A model generated the notes under the pieces. That model had not been told where the DNA came from, did no database searches, and was given only the letters and a program-made list of their open reading frames with translations. A program made the translations under genes and the position numbers. 64,000 nt of DNA. Source: Mantamonas sphyraenae STR306. Lineage: Eukaryota > Protista > CRuMs. Location: NCBI GenBank assembly GCA_026936335.1, contig JAPMXV010000034.1:124001-188000 (forward strand). The letters run 5' to 3'. Shown piece after piece: positions 11,452-29,248 of this stretch (its first letter is position 1; the number at the start of each line of letters is the position of its first letter).

Positions 11452-12825
11452 TCAGCTCGAAAACAACTTGGGCAACCCCAGGCGCTCCACAACCTTGACT
11501 GGCAGTGCAAACACAGGATCCACCTGTTCCAGACCCTCGTAACCCATAGAGACAGGCCGGCAATACCGAAAAAGGTGTGGTACACATCGACACGATCGCC
11601 CTTGCGGTCTGCAATGCCTCCGGTGTCTGTGTCCTGGCAAGACAGGATAAACGCTTCCAGGGCGTCCTTGTTGATCCAATGCACCTTGTCGAGGATGGCC
11701 AGTGCACTGAGGATCCACCATGAGTAGCAAACGTCGGGCTTCTTCTCGGGCCTCCCGTTCAGTCCACCCGACTTTGTCTGTCGCTCGCACAGCCACCAGC
11801 CCAGCAGGTCGGCGTCCACATGATGCAAGGCTCCACCAATGGCCAATGCTGCCACACAGCAAAACACCTGTCCTGCGTGCGACTCGGCTCCCGGAACACA
11901 GCCGAAGCCGCCGTCAAAGTTTTTGCACGACGCCACAAAGTCTGTGGCTGCCTTGACGTCCACTGTGGACGACTCTGGAAGCTGGCCACCATTGCCCAGC
12001 ACCACCAGACAGTTCAGGGCACAGTAGGAGAACCGCGTGTCCACCTCGCCCCACTTGTCGCCTACAAACGAGCCATCCTCCTGTTGCAGACCAGACACGA
12101 CTGTGCACATGGGTTCCAGAAAAGGTAAGGGGGGCATGGGTGGATGATGGGTTTCAGCATGCGTCTGTGCCACTGGTTGTGAACGTGTGTGTCTGCTCGC
12201 CCTCTCACACTCCACTTACACGTGATGACTGCCTCTGTATCGATGCGGTCCAGCGCATCAAAGATGGCCAGGATCTGTACGGCACTGAGGGTGTAGAGCA
12301 GGTGCGGGTCATGGCCGATGTTGCCTCCAAACCCGCCTGCAAAGGCACCAACGTCGCGCGTGAGTGGTGTGCACTTCCCGTCAAACTCGCGGGCCCTGGT
12401 GGCTTCGTGTGCAACTCTCCCCTATGCGCGTGTACGTGTGTGTGGTTGGATCGCTGGTGCAGGCACGTGGCGGGAAGGGGGGAGGTGATAACCGTACCGT
12501 TTTCGTGTTGGCACCGCACCACCCAGTCGATGATCTCCTCCTTGGGCATTTCGTCGACGCCGTCCAGCAGCGCGATGGCCGACAGCCCCCAATAGACACC
12601 GGAAACGCGAAGATGTTCTGTCACCCAATACTCAAACTCGTGTTTGGCCTGCACGTCGATGGGTGCACAGAGTCAGCGCGTCTACCGTCTCACCGGGAAA
12701 TCCCTCGCCTATGCACACCACAGCGCCGCCCTCCTTACATTGGACAGTGTTTTTACATATTCCTTGTGCAGATCAACCAAGAGGGTCTTCCCTGCTTCCG
12801 AGGGTGCACCGGTGGAGTCGGTCAT
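11452..12825 (-). CDS. RABGGTB: Rab geranylgeranyltransferase beta subunit (4 exons, one apparent frameshift)
   Basis: [74 protein letters not shown]. Frame break at ~11547 before [16 protein letters not shown]. Confidence 0.95.
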
Positions 12826-12915
12826 GTGTGGGGGAACGCGAAAATTGGGTTGGCAACATGGACGTCCATCTTGCGACGTTTTTCTCCATCCTCTCATTAG
12901 CACACGTGGCGCACA

Positions 12916-14205
12916 TCACTCTGCATCCTCCAGGCGCTGAATAACGCCGTGTACAATCTCGCCACCAGCCATGAGCTTGCTGAGGTAGGCGTACTCGTTG
13001 TTTGCGTGGTATGCGCTCATCTCGCCAAAGCCAACAATCTGGATGTCAAAGCCAGCTTCCTGGAGCTCACGCACCAGAGGCAGCGATCCAGTGACGCTGT
13101 AGGGCTTGCATTCACCCTTGACGGCAGTGATGGAGTCGGAAAGAGCCTTGAACCCCGCACTCTCGATGTCACAAGCAATGCCCTTGTATGCCTCGCCACG
13201 CCAGGTCAGTTCCAGGGAGCCTGTGAGATCCTCGTCGTCGAGAGCAAAGCGAGAGGAGCCCGACGTGGACAGGGACCGCACGTCGAGGGAGCCGATGAAG
13301 TCTTTGCAACCCTGCATGACCTCGTCAATGTCGTAGAAAGGAGTGACACGGATGTCACCCGAAACAGTGGCCGAGCCCGGAATCTGGTTGGTGGAGCCTG
13401 AGGGCATGGACCAGACAGTGGGCTTGAGGCTAGACGGGACGGCAAAGCCATACACGTCCTCCTGTTCGACTCGGCCGTAGGTGGAGTGGAAAAAGTCCTG
13501 GAGGGCAATGGTGCCCTGCATGGCCAGCTCGATGGCGTTGATGGCCTTGTGCGGCAGACCAGAGTGGAACAGCTTTCCCTTGGCCGTGAGGTCCCACACA
13601 GCCGCAGCGCCAGTGCCAATCGTCGGGTTTGTGTCTGCGCTGTCCACCCAGTACACGGGTCCGTTCTTGCACTCGTCCATGACACCCGCCTCGACCATGG
13701 CATCCACACCCACACCGGGAATGTCGGAGCACTCCTCGTTGGCAATGAACACAGCAATCACCGACCGTTTCAGCGCCGGCTTGTTCACCGCCAGCGTCTT
13801 CATCACCTGAGCCAGCAGGGCCACGTGGCCCAAGCAGTCAGTGACACCACGCCCCTGCAGCTTGTCTGGGTTTTCACTGTCCCTGCTCAGCGTGAACGGG
13901 TCAAAGTCCCAGGAGTCCGGAGTTGCCGGAACCACGTCCATGTGCATGCCCACAAAGGACACGGTGCCCGATCCGGTGCCGGCGTACTTGACCACCAGAT
14001 TGGGACGACCTTCCACGTACTCGTGCTTTTGGATGTCCAGCACATCCTTGTAGTCGTTGAGAAAGGCAATCACTTCGTCGGCAATCAAACCCTCTTGAGG
14101 GTTCACGCCCTCGGACGGGTTGTTCTGCTGCTTCTCCACGTGCTGCATCAGTGAAGACAGCAATGAAACGTACTCTTCAGGATCCATGGTGGCGTAGGAG
14201 GTCAT
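12916..14205 (-). CDS. M20 peptidase, acetylornithine deacetylase (plant/Dictyostelium ArgE type)
   Basis: GMHMDVVPA, GRGVTDCLGH, ANEE, GKLFHSGLPHKAINAIEL, TGSLPLVRELQ, YHANNE. Intronless. Confidence 0.9.
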   Translation of the reverse strand: MTSYATMDPEEYVSLLSSLMQHVEKQQNNPSEGVNPQEGLIADEVIAFLNDYKDVLDIQKHEYVEGRPNLVVKYAGTGSGTVSFVGMHMDVVPATPDSWDFDPFTLSRDSENPDKLQGRGVTDCLGHVALLAQVMKTLAVNKPALKRSVIAVFIANEECSDIPGVGVDAMVEAGVMDECKNGPVYWVDSADTNPTIGTGAAAVWDLTAKGKLFHSGLPHKAINAIELAMQGTIALQDFFHSTYGRVEQEDVYGFAVPSSLKPTVWSMPSGSTNQIPGSATVSGDIRVTPFYDIDEVMQGCKDFIGSLDVRSLSTSGSSRFALDDEDLTGSLELTWRGEAYKGIACDIESAGFKALSDSITAVKGECKPYSVTGSLPLVRELQEAGFDIQIVGFGEMSAYHANNEYAYLSKLMAGGEIVHGVIQRLEDAE

Positions 14206-14290
14206 GGTCGTTGGTTGAAAAGGTGTTCGCTCCCGCGCCCCCGTCGCACCACCTCGACATCCCAACGTCCATTTTCCCAACCATCCAAAC

Positions 14291-15189
14291 ATGAGCAGCA
14301 ACGACAACCAGGTTACCATTGACCGCGATGGCGGCAAGCAGTGCAGCTTCTTTGCCTTTGCCGGCGATGACGCAGACGACTCCACACCCGTGGTGATTGT
14401 TTGCCAGGAGTGGTGGTACGTGACGAGACGCGCCTGTCGCTGTTGCGGTGGCATGCACGCGTAGAAACATGCAAGTGCTTGTGTGCGAGCGGGATGCACG
14501 CATGCATGGCAGTGCGTGTCGGCAGTGCAGCACTGTGGGGTATTTTCTGTGGCTTTGAGGAGAAAAAAAAAGGCTCCGTCGCTGACACGAACGGGCGGAA
14601 TTTGGCAACTCCGGGTGCACACAGGGGCGTGAACGAGCACATGAAGAATGTGAGCCAGCGCTTTGCCAACGCAGGCTTCCGTGCAGCCTTGCCGGACTTT
14701 TATTACGGCAAGGTGGCCTCTGACCCGCAAGAAGCCGGACACTTGATGGGCAACCTGGATTGGGAAGATGCCGCCGAGGTGGTGGATTCTGTGATTGGCT
14801 ACTACCGTGAGAAGAACGCCGACGTCAAGGTGGCCATCACTGGATACTGCATGGGTGGTGCCCTGTCCCTGCTGGCAGCCGCCAAGCTGGGCGACAAGTT
14901 GAGTGCAGCTGTGCCCTTCTATGGCATCCCTCCCGAGGACAAGTGTGACCTCACCGCCATCAAAGCCCCGGTGCAGGGCCATTGGGCAGTCAGCGACGAC
15001 TGGTGCACCCCGGAGAAGGTCACCGAGCTGTCCAAGACCCTGACCGAGGGTGGCGTCAACCACACCTTTTTCACCTACCAGGCCGACCATGCCTTTACCA
15101 ACGTCACCCGCGAGGAGGTCTACGACGCCAAGTGCGCCCAGCAGGCCTTTGACCGCACCTTTACCTTCTTTGGCCAGAACCTGTTTTGA
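14291..15189 (+). CDS. Dienelactone hydrolase family protein
   Basis: VIVCQEWWGVN across intron 14416-14624; PDFYYG; GYCMGG nucleophile elbow; PFYG; ADHAF. Confidence 0.92.
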
Positions 15190-15273
15190 AAGAATGAATT
15201 CGTGCGCTCTGTTGCGTCATTGAGCATGCCTTTGTCACCACATGAATTTCCACACTGAAGAGGTGTCTGTGCA

Positions 15274-17398
<2,125 letters not shown>

Positions 17399-17477
17399 GC
17401 ATGAACGTGAATTGAATAGGGGCGTCTCCATTTGCTTTCGCTTTCAAGGTTACAGCGCCTGCAGAAGTGCAGCGCAT

Positions 17478-18709
<1,232 letters not shown>

Positions 18710-18803
18710 TGGTGTTTGTTTGGAAATTGGGTGGCTGCAACGGCGCCCGAACGCCGGACACCTGCACTCCCATGCGGTCACACCACACATGCTGTTCACC
18801 CCA

Positions 18804-20010
18804 TCATTCCTCGCCTGACTCTCTCAACAGGCCGTCCTCGTACAACATCTCCCATTTCGTGCCCAGGCGCGAGCTGATCTTGTGATCCTTGCGAACAAGC
18901 GCCATGCCGTCCAGAATGTTGATTTCCCGCTCGCCAATGGCCACATCCTTGGCCTTGTGTGCCTCGCCCTGCTGCCCAGACTGCGTAGCACGTCCTCCGC
19001 CGTTTCCTGCCTCACCTCCGTTGCTGCTGCTCGCTTCTGCTTCGGCGTCTTCTGTGTCCATCGCGTCGTCGTCTGCGTCCTCGCTTTCCTGCTCGCTTTT
19101 GGATTTGCCCTTCTTGCCCTTCCTTCCCTTTTTTCTCTTTGACAGCGAGCCTTCGATCATACCCATTGCCAGCGAGTTGGCCATCCGCAGCGCTGCGCTC
19201 TCTTCCCTCTTGCGTTCCAGTTCCTCCCGTTGCTTCTCGCTCAGTTCTGTCTCGTCCTCGGGCTCATCCGGGTTGGGCATGCTGTTCACGGGCTTCAAGC
19301 GTGTCTTCCACATCTCCTTATCCCTCGCTTCCAGCTCTTCCATGTACGGTTTGACGCTGAACGTGCGCTTGTGCTTCCCCTCCGCCCGCCGAGCGTCATG
19401 GCGTTGAATGGATAGGTCGCGCAAATCATCCAGAACATCCGCCAAGCGTTCGCGAGCTGCCATGTTCAGCACAGCCAACACCTCATGTGTGACCTGCTCC
19501 ACCCCGTTCCTAGCACACACGCTCCGCACTGCTTTCTCCAGCGCCTTTTCCGACAACAACAGGTCGCTCTTCTTGCTTTTACGTTGCATGTACTCCTCAT
19601 CCTGCTCATCCACCATCTCCACTTCTTCCATTTCCAGCGTCTCTTGCTGCGCAACGCCCCAGGTTCCGCCCGTGGGCCTCCATGTCAGCATGCGCGTCCA
19701 GCGTCGATCACTCCTCTCGCCTTTTCCGTGCCCTCCAGTCGAATGTGCCTGTGTTTGCACTTGCGCGCACGGCAACGGGGATCTCCCTCTTGCTGCACAC
19801 ACACACACACACACACATGTCACTCTCTCTCTCTCTGGCACCGATGTGCGTACAAAGAGCAAACAAGTGGCGACTGCCTGCTTCCACACCTCTTACCTTC
19901 AGATCAATGTTTGCAACCGCAGTGAGGTCAAACGTGGTGGCCAGGCCACGCTTGTCCAGCTCCGAGCCCGACCCCTCTGCAGACGTCGACTTTTTCCGTT
20001 TGCCGGGCAT
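18804..20010 (-). CDS. TAF4: TFIID subunit TAF4-like (histone fold), 2 exons
   Basis: DLTAVANIDLK then an intron; histone fold LEKAVRSVCARNGV...AARERLADVLDDL; RMANSLAM; C-terminal REINILD. Confidence 0.72.
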
Positions 20011-20082
20011 GGAGTTTGGGCGAACTTTTCAACTGCTCTCGCACACGCACCTGAATTTGAAAAGCAACCCACCCACTGGAAA

Positions 20083-21335
20083 ATGAGCGAAACCGCAGAA
20101 CAAAAGACCAACGCCCTCGGCATGCCCGTGGACAGCACCGAAGTCCGCTCCATGGCCGCTTTTGAGCCGCACTCGGATCTGAAGGAGTGGAACTACAACC
20201 CCAAGCCTCTGAGCGACGACATGGTGGAAATTCGCATCACGTACTCTGGTAAGTGTGACAAGCGATCCCACAAGAATGTTATGGGCACGGTGAGTCGCTG
20301 GCAGCGACCACGTTCGCCTTCCTAGCGTCGCCAGATGGAGCCCAGCACAAACGGAATTTCCGGCACGTTCTAAGAAGCTGACAAAGCGGCTGTGCCTCCA
20401 ACCTCGCAGGGGTGTGCCACTCCGATATCCACACCATCGACGGGGATTGGGGTGACTGCACCTACCCGTGTGTGCCGGGCCACGAAATCATCGGTGTCGT
20501 GACGGCTGTGGGTGACGCTGTCACTGATCTCAAGGTGGGCGACCGTGCTGGCGTGGGTCCTCAGGTGCGCACGTGCATGCAGGACACCTGCCCCTACTGT
20601 GCCGAGTTTGACAGCCTGTGCCCTGAGGCAACCCTGACGTACAACGATGTCGATTACGAGATGTACCAGACCTACGGTGGGTACGCCGAAAGCTGGCGTG
20701 GCCATGCCCGCTGGGCCTTCAAGATCCCTGATGGACTGGAGAGCAGCGTCACTGCTCCTCTCCTGTGTGCTGGTGTGACCACGTACGCCCCGCTTGTCGA
20801 GTACGGCGTCAAGGAGGGCGATAAGGTGGGCATCCTCGGCATCGGTGGTCTTGGACACTGCGGCATCCAGTTTGCACATGCTCTGGGTGCCCACACAGTC
20901 GCCATCTCCGGATCCGACAACAAGAAAGATTTGGCACTGGAGCTTGGCGCCGACGAGTTCCTCTCTTACAAGGATTCCCAGGCCATGAACGCCGCCGAGA
21001 ACTCGTTCGACTTTATCCTCTGCACCGTGAGCGCTCCTCTGGATTACGAGACCTACTTTAAGATCCTCAAGCCCAACGGCCGCTTCTGCTTGGTCGGCCT
21101 GCCCGCCGACGACATCAGCTTTGATGTCATGAAGCTGGTCACCAAGCGCATCCAGTTCTGCGGCTCTCTCATCGGTGGAGTCGACCGCATGAAGGACATG
21201 CTGGAGTTCTCTGCCAAGCATGGCATCAAATGCATGGTCGAGGTCTTTGAACTGGACCAGGTCAACGAGGCGATTCAGAAGGTGCGCGACAACACTGTTC
21301 GCTTCCGCGGTGTGCTCCATGTGTCCGACGAATAG
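20083..21335 (+). CDS. Zinc-dependent NADP(H) alcohol dehydrogenase (CAD/AdhC type)
   Basis: YSG/VCHSDIH across one intron; PGHEIIG; APLLCAGVTTYAPL; GIGGLGH; VRFRGVL. Confidence 0.95.
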
Positions 21336-21346
21336 ATTGTGTTTGT

Positions 21347-23465
<2,119 letters not shown>

Positions 23466-23542
23466 ACACTTCGTCCCGAAAAGGCTCGATTGCGCTCGTG
23501 GACCCACAACGCTGCTGCATAGGCTCCGTCAACGTGCACACG

Positions 23543-24409
23543 ATGTCCGTTCGCCTGTTTGTGGCTCTTGCTTTGGTCGCGCTCTCGTTTTGGATTCCAG
23601 GTAGGCTGCAGAGTCGCCTCTAGATGCCATTTTCGTTGCGAGCACGCTCACACGCCTGCCCCGCCCGCCACAGGAGCATCCAGTGCCACGTGTGATGGTA
23701 CATGCGTAGCGACCTCTAACCTCACCGGCATCTCGTTCTGCAAAGGGTTCGTGGGTAGCTACCCAGCATGCATGACGTCGCGCGTTTTCCAAGGTGCGTC
23801 CGCAGTTTGCGCTTCTCTCCCACGACCACGGTTGCCTTCGCGCCGGGAACACGCCACGAGAGCTGTGATTCCACACCGCTGACCCTTGTGTGTTCTCTCC
23901 TGCCTCTCCCCCCCCCCCCCCCTTCCCCCTTAAGGTGTTACATACAAGGACACGGTTGCCGATATGGAAAAGTACGCGCAGCTGGAGTTTGACTACAACG
24001 TCGCCTACATGACGCCCGTCCTGTCCACTCTCAGCGACGATTGCCTCGATCGGCTAGCTGCCTGGTCCTGCTACAACGTATTTCACAAATGCAACCGTGA
24101 CACCAACGAGGTGTACCCCCAATGCTACGACGTAAGTCCCCTCCGCGCGAGCACACCTCCCTGCGTATTTCTCACACCGCCTTGTGCACGCACCAGAACT
24201 GCTTCAAACTGTATGAAGTGTGTTCGGGCGGTGTGCCCGACCCTAACCCCTGCAGTGCCAAGGCCGACCCTGCCAAACCCAACATGGTTCTCTATGCGGC
24301 CCAGGGGCAAGATTTGTGCACAGGCGCTGCGTCCAGCATTGCCCTCTCCTACTCCCTCCTCCTGGCCACAGCTGCTGTCGTGGCCGTTTTCCTCCACAAC
24401 GGTCTGTGA
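23543..24409 (+). CDS. Small secreted, probably GPI-anchored protein with a Frizzled-like cysteine-rich domain (4 exons)
   Basis: Signal peptide MSVRLFVALALVALSFWIP; CLDRLAAWSCYNVFHKC...PQCYDNCFKLYEVC; GAASS followed by a hydrophobic C-terminal tail. Confidence 0.7.
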
Positions 24410-24612
24410 ACACCGTGGCCAACGCACCCGTTCTCCATTTTTGGCGAGGCGATGACGACGCGACAAATTGAAACCCGTCTCTTCTCCCATCACCGAAAGC
24501 AACCACAATTCCCCCCGCCGCCTTCGACCTCTTCTCATCCACACTCTCACCCGCATGTGTTCTGCTCTTGAACCCTTTCTGTTTTCCTGGCTCCCACGCG
24601 GAACCAAGCCAA

Positions 24613-27600
24613 ATGGAGGCATATTTATTTGCAGCCGAGTCACTGGAGCAGATCACTCGCACACAGCCAGAGACCCTGGCACGTGTGCGAGCTGTCCATC
24701 GGCCCACTGGCACCAGCGTACGCTACACCCGTGTGCTGCTGGACGAAAACAAACAGCCGCTCATGGAGCGTCTCGACGCACTTGGCGAGGCTTCCCGACT
24801 TGGCATTGTGCCCATCATCGACCTCTTCACCTACAAACCCGGTGGCGATGATGATGATGACGCCTATGATGATGAGGATGCACCCACAAGGCATGTCCTC
24901 TCCGTTTCCTCAGCACGGTTTCCTGTCCAGCCCCCGCTGCAAGTTCGCTCACACTCGTTCCCCCCTCCATATGCCTCCCACACGTTGCCACCTCCCGTCT
25001 TGCCTCTCCTCTCAGTTTTCTGGTTGTGGTTGAGCCAGCCGCTGGGCTCACATCTATGCACCACTTCCTCTATGGCGAGGTATGCCAACGTTTGCGCGCC
25101 ACCTGCGCTTCACCGGCTCCAGTGCTCACACCCCACCCGGACCCCATTGTCCTTCGCAACCACAGGCTTTGGGAAGTTCCACTGTCACATACGAGTTTGA
25201 TGCCTCCAGGAACAGGCTGTGGTGAGTTGTGTATCCCCGTCTGTGTGTGTGTGTGAGCGAGGCCAGCGCTAACCCGCCACGGCAATGTCTTCTCCGGTCC
25301 CTTCCGCGCTTCCCCCGCAGCGGCGACGTCAGCCTTCTCTTCAACCACATGCAGAAAAAGACACGTGCGCAGGACGCTCTGGGTGAAACCATCCCTGGTG
25401 GGCTCGCACGCACCTATTTATTCTCCCTGCTCAATCTTCTGCGCTGGTACGTGTCCTCCCGTCACCGCACAACAGCACCCCCAGCACGCTTACACACTCG
25501 CATGGACAATCTTCCCACAATGTTCCTCCCACAGCATGCATGAAGACATCCAACAGCCGCATGGCAACATCAGCCCAGCCAACGTGCTCATGGACGATGA
25601 TGGCGAGGTACGTGTCCTGTGTGACGCTTGCAGGCCTATCCACGCCACACTCAAACACACGTCAATGCCCCCACGACACCACTAACCATGACATCCCCCC
25701 CCCCCCCCCTCCCCCGCCTCCCCGCACTCCTCATCCTCCTCCAGGTCCGGCTGGGCTTCTTTGCCGTCGAACGCGAGATCCTGCGGCAACCACACAAGGA
25801 CCCCGAACTGGCTGTGTGCTACTTGCCCCCCGAAATGTTGGGGATTGGACACGCCACAGAACCCATGACTGAAGAGGCAGACATCTGGTCGGCCGCCTGC
25901 GTCATGGCAGAGATGCTCATTGGCCGTCCGCTCTTTGATGCCCAGGCCACCATGCCAGGCCAACTTCGCCACGTCGCAAAGATCATGGGCTTTCCCCCAC
26001 GAACTTCCAGACGTCCCAGTGGCCTTGGCCTGGGGACAGGCTCCGCCTCCGCCTCTGCGGCACAGGGGGACACGCTCGGCGTCGGCGACGAAGGATTCTC
26101 AGACCGTTTTGCCTCTGTGCTGGACGAACTGCCCGAATCGGGTCAGGATCTACTGTGCTGCATGCTGCGTGAGGATCCAGGAGCTCGCATCAATGTGCGC
26201 GATGCTCTCAACCACCGCTACTTTGGCGAGGCATCCTTGTTTCTGGACGAGTACGACCCACCCACAGCCCTTCTCACCGTCGACGAACTCGAGCCTGTCC
26301 ATGGCCAGAGCACAGACGACGAAGAGGACGACGACGGCGAAGGGACGACAGAAGCAGATACCGGTGACGATGACGGTGATGACGACGATGACGACGACGA
26401 AGAGGATGAAGATGAGGACGAGGATGAAGACGAGGACGAGGATGAAGACGAGATCGCAGATGATAATGACGACGACGACGACGAGATCCGGACACGTGTG
26501 GAGGAGTGGATGGACGGAAGTCCCAAGAGCAGCAGCAGCAAGAGGAAACCTCGCACTCGCATCGGCAGCCTTCCATTTGCCAGTCCCAGCAAGCGTGGCG
26601 GTGCAGCAAATGCAAGCAAAGGACGCAGGAGCAGCAGCACTGGGATGACCAGGCGTGGCAAAAAGACGACCAAGAGGAAAAAGAAAGCCAGCGGCAAGGA
26701 ATCGGACAAGAAGCGACGTGGCAATCGCAGCACCAGTCGGGACGAGCCACCTCAGGACAACGATACGTCCAAGCCACGCACGCACACAGGGAGCAATTCC
26801 GTTGAACAAGCTGCACCCATGATGTGGTGGGAAAACACCGTGGAGGAACCTGCTGCGACGCAAGAAGCAACTGGCCAGCAGGGAGCAGATGCAGATGCCA
26901 CCACCCAAGCAGCGGCAAAAGACACAGCTGCATCTGCGTCTGCAACTGCGGCTGCTCCTGCAACAACTGCAACGGTGGATGAGAAGGGCACGAAGGATGA
27001 GCCAAAGCCACCACCACAGCCAGTGACGATTCCAACAATCACTGTGGGAAGTCCACATGCGGAAGGGACTCTCACAACCATGCGCAAGCCAAGGCCAGCG
27101 GTGCCTCCGACGATTGCAGAGGAGGAAGAGGACGTTGAGGATTCGACCATGACCGCGCCCTCCACCGAGCAAATGCGCAAGCAGGACATGTTTCTGTCCC
27201 TGATTGACAGCCACGCACCCAAGTCACAACAGGACGCGTCGATGGAGGACGATGCGCCAGAGCGAAGAGAGTCGCCGACCAGCGGAGACGAGGGCGACAA
27301 CAACCGCAAGGCACCTGCGCTGGAGGCGGTGGTTGAGAGCACCAATCGTGACGACAACGACGATAACCAAAGCCTGGCTAGCTCCAGCACAAACAGCACG
27401 TCTGGTAACAAGCGTACCACCAAGAAGGGGCCAGGGAGCAAGCTGCCACCGAAACTGCAGCTGGGACGACAGGCGTCGGTTCCCATGTTGGACCTTGGGC
27501 GACTGCGCACAGCTGGAAGCAGCAGCAGCAGTGCTTCACGTGGCAGTACGCTGAGCAGCAAATCGCTGTCCAAGAATTCAGGCAGGCGAAAGGCGAGCGT

Positions 27601-29215
27601 GCGTAGCGCTCGCAAACGAGCAAACACCATGGCAATTGGCCTGGGGGCGGCGAGGCTGGTCAAGAGTGCACGAGGCAGCGGCACACGCAGCGCACGTGGC
27701 AAGTCGTCCTTCGGGGCCACTGGCAAGAAGAGTGTGACACGGAAAAAGACGCACAAGAAAAAGTCCACGGCCACAACTGGCACACGGCGGCGTTCGCAGA
27801 CTGCAACGTCCTTGCGCAGTGCGACAAGCAGTACAGGGGGTGGAAGCAGCAAGAAGAAGAAGAAGCAGAGCCAGGTGGGAGTTGCGGACAAGAGCAAGAG
27901 CAGCAACAAGCAACAGGCGCGCACGAGCAACGACAAAACACAGGCAGAGAACCGAGAGAAAACAACAGCGCCCTCTGGAGATGGTGTGTACGACAATGGC
28001 CGCCGTGATGACGTATACACAGTACAGTCGGCACGAGGCCCTCACCAACAACTGCGCGACGATGATTTAGGCAACCAGCTGGAGACACGAACACAGCGTT
28101 CCATGTCGCTGTCGACGCCACGTGACCGGGTTCGCGTCTTCTGGAGCAGCTGCGCAACTCCCCTCGCCGTATCAGCACACCTGGCAACGACCAATTGCCA
28201 CGCACCCAGTCTCCAATTCATGCGCGTTCCACTGTGCCAGCCAGGCAGAGTCCGCTTTCACGAATGCGATTGATCCCGCAGGAAGCGGACGAGGAGGATG
28301 GACACAGTGACAGCAGTAGCAGCAGCGACAACAACAACAACAACAGCGACAGCAGCAGCAGCGAGGGAAGCGATGACAGCGACAACGAGCATGTGGACCA
28401 GGACGAGGAAAAAGTGGTGTCCTTCAGTGCGACGGTAGAGACTAGAACGGCCAGTGCAGACAGCGACGGCATGCCCGTGGCACGCAAGGGCTCTCGTCCC
28501 AAGCACCGCGCTCCAATCCCGCTGACCACCAGCGGTTCTGTGCTGCACCTCGTTTCACCCAAGCACTCCGAGGGTGAGAGCGAGGACTCTGGGGCCATGT
28601 CGGGCAAGGACACACCCACTACGCCGACCATTGAGATCTACAACGTGGAGAGTGATGATCTTGACGACGACATCGACAACGACGATGCGGATGAGGGCAG
28701 TTCCAGCAACACCAAGGTGCCTGGACGGTCGGGTCAACCGTTGACACCGCTGACCATTCCTCCATACGTGGCCAGCAACACATCCACACCCACAGGGAGC
28801 AGCCCCGGGAGCGCCGGCAGTCATGGCGATGGGCACCGCAAGCAGAGCCACAAACGAGGCACACGTCGCAAGTCATCCCTCAAGCGATCCAGCCTCAAGT
28901 CACCCGGACGCTCACACAAGAGCCATCGCCACACGACCACCGCCTCCTCCTCCTCTTCTTCATCTGGCACACACAAAAAGGTGCATCGCCGTCGACCGAA
29001 ACACGGCAGGCGCAGCAGCGTGTCCCCTCGACAAAGCGGCGGGGCCGCAAGCAGCAGTGGAGCCGACACAGACACCAGCTTCCCAGAGCCGATTACCAGT
29101 GTGGACAGTCCCAGCGTGGCTGGAGACTCGGTCGCATTTGATCCTCTTTCACGCACGTCTGCCTCATCCTCTTCCGCTTCCACTTCTTCATCGTTGTCGA
29201 CGGACATGCACAACG

Positions 29216-29248
<33 letters not shown>

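Noticed and set aside
14206-15090. 724-aa fusion ORF upstream of the M20 peptidase
   Set aside because: Antisense shadow of the dienelactone hydrolase gene.
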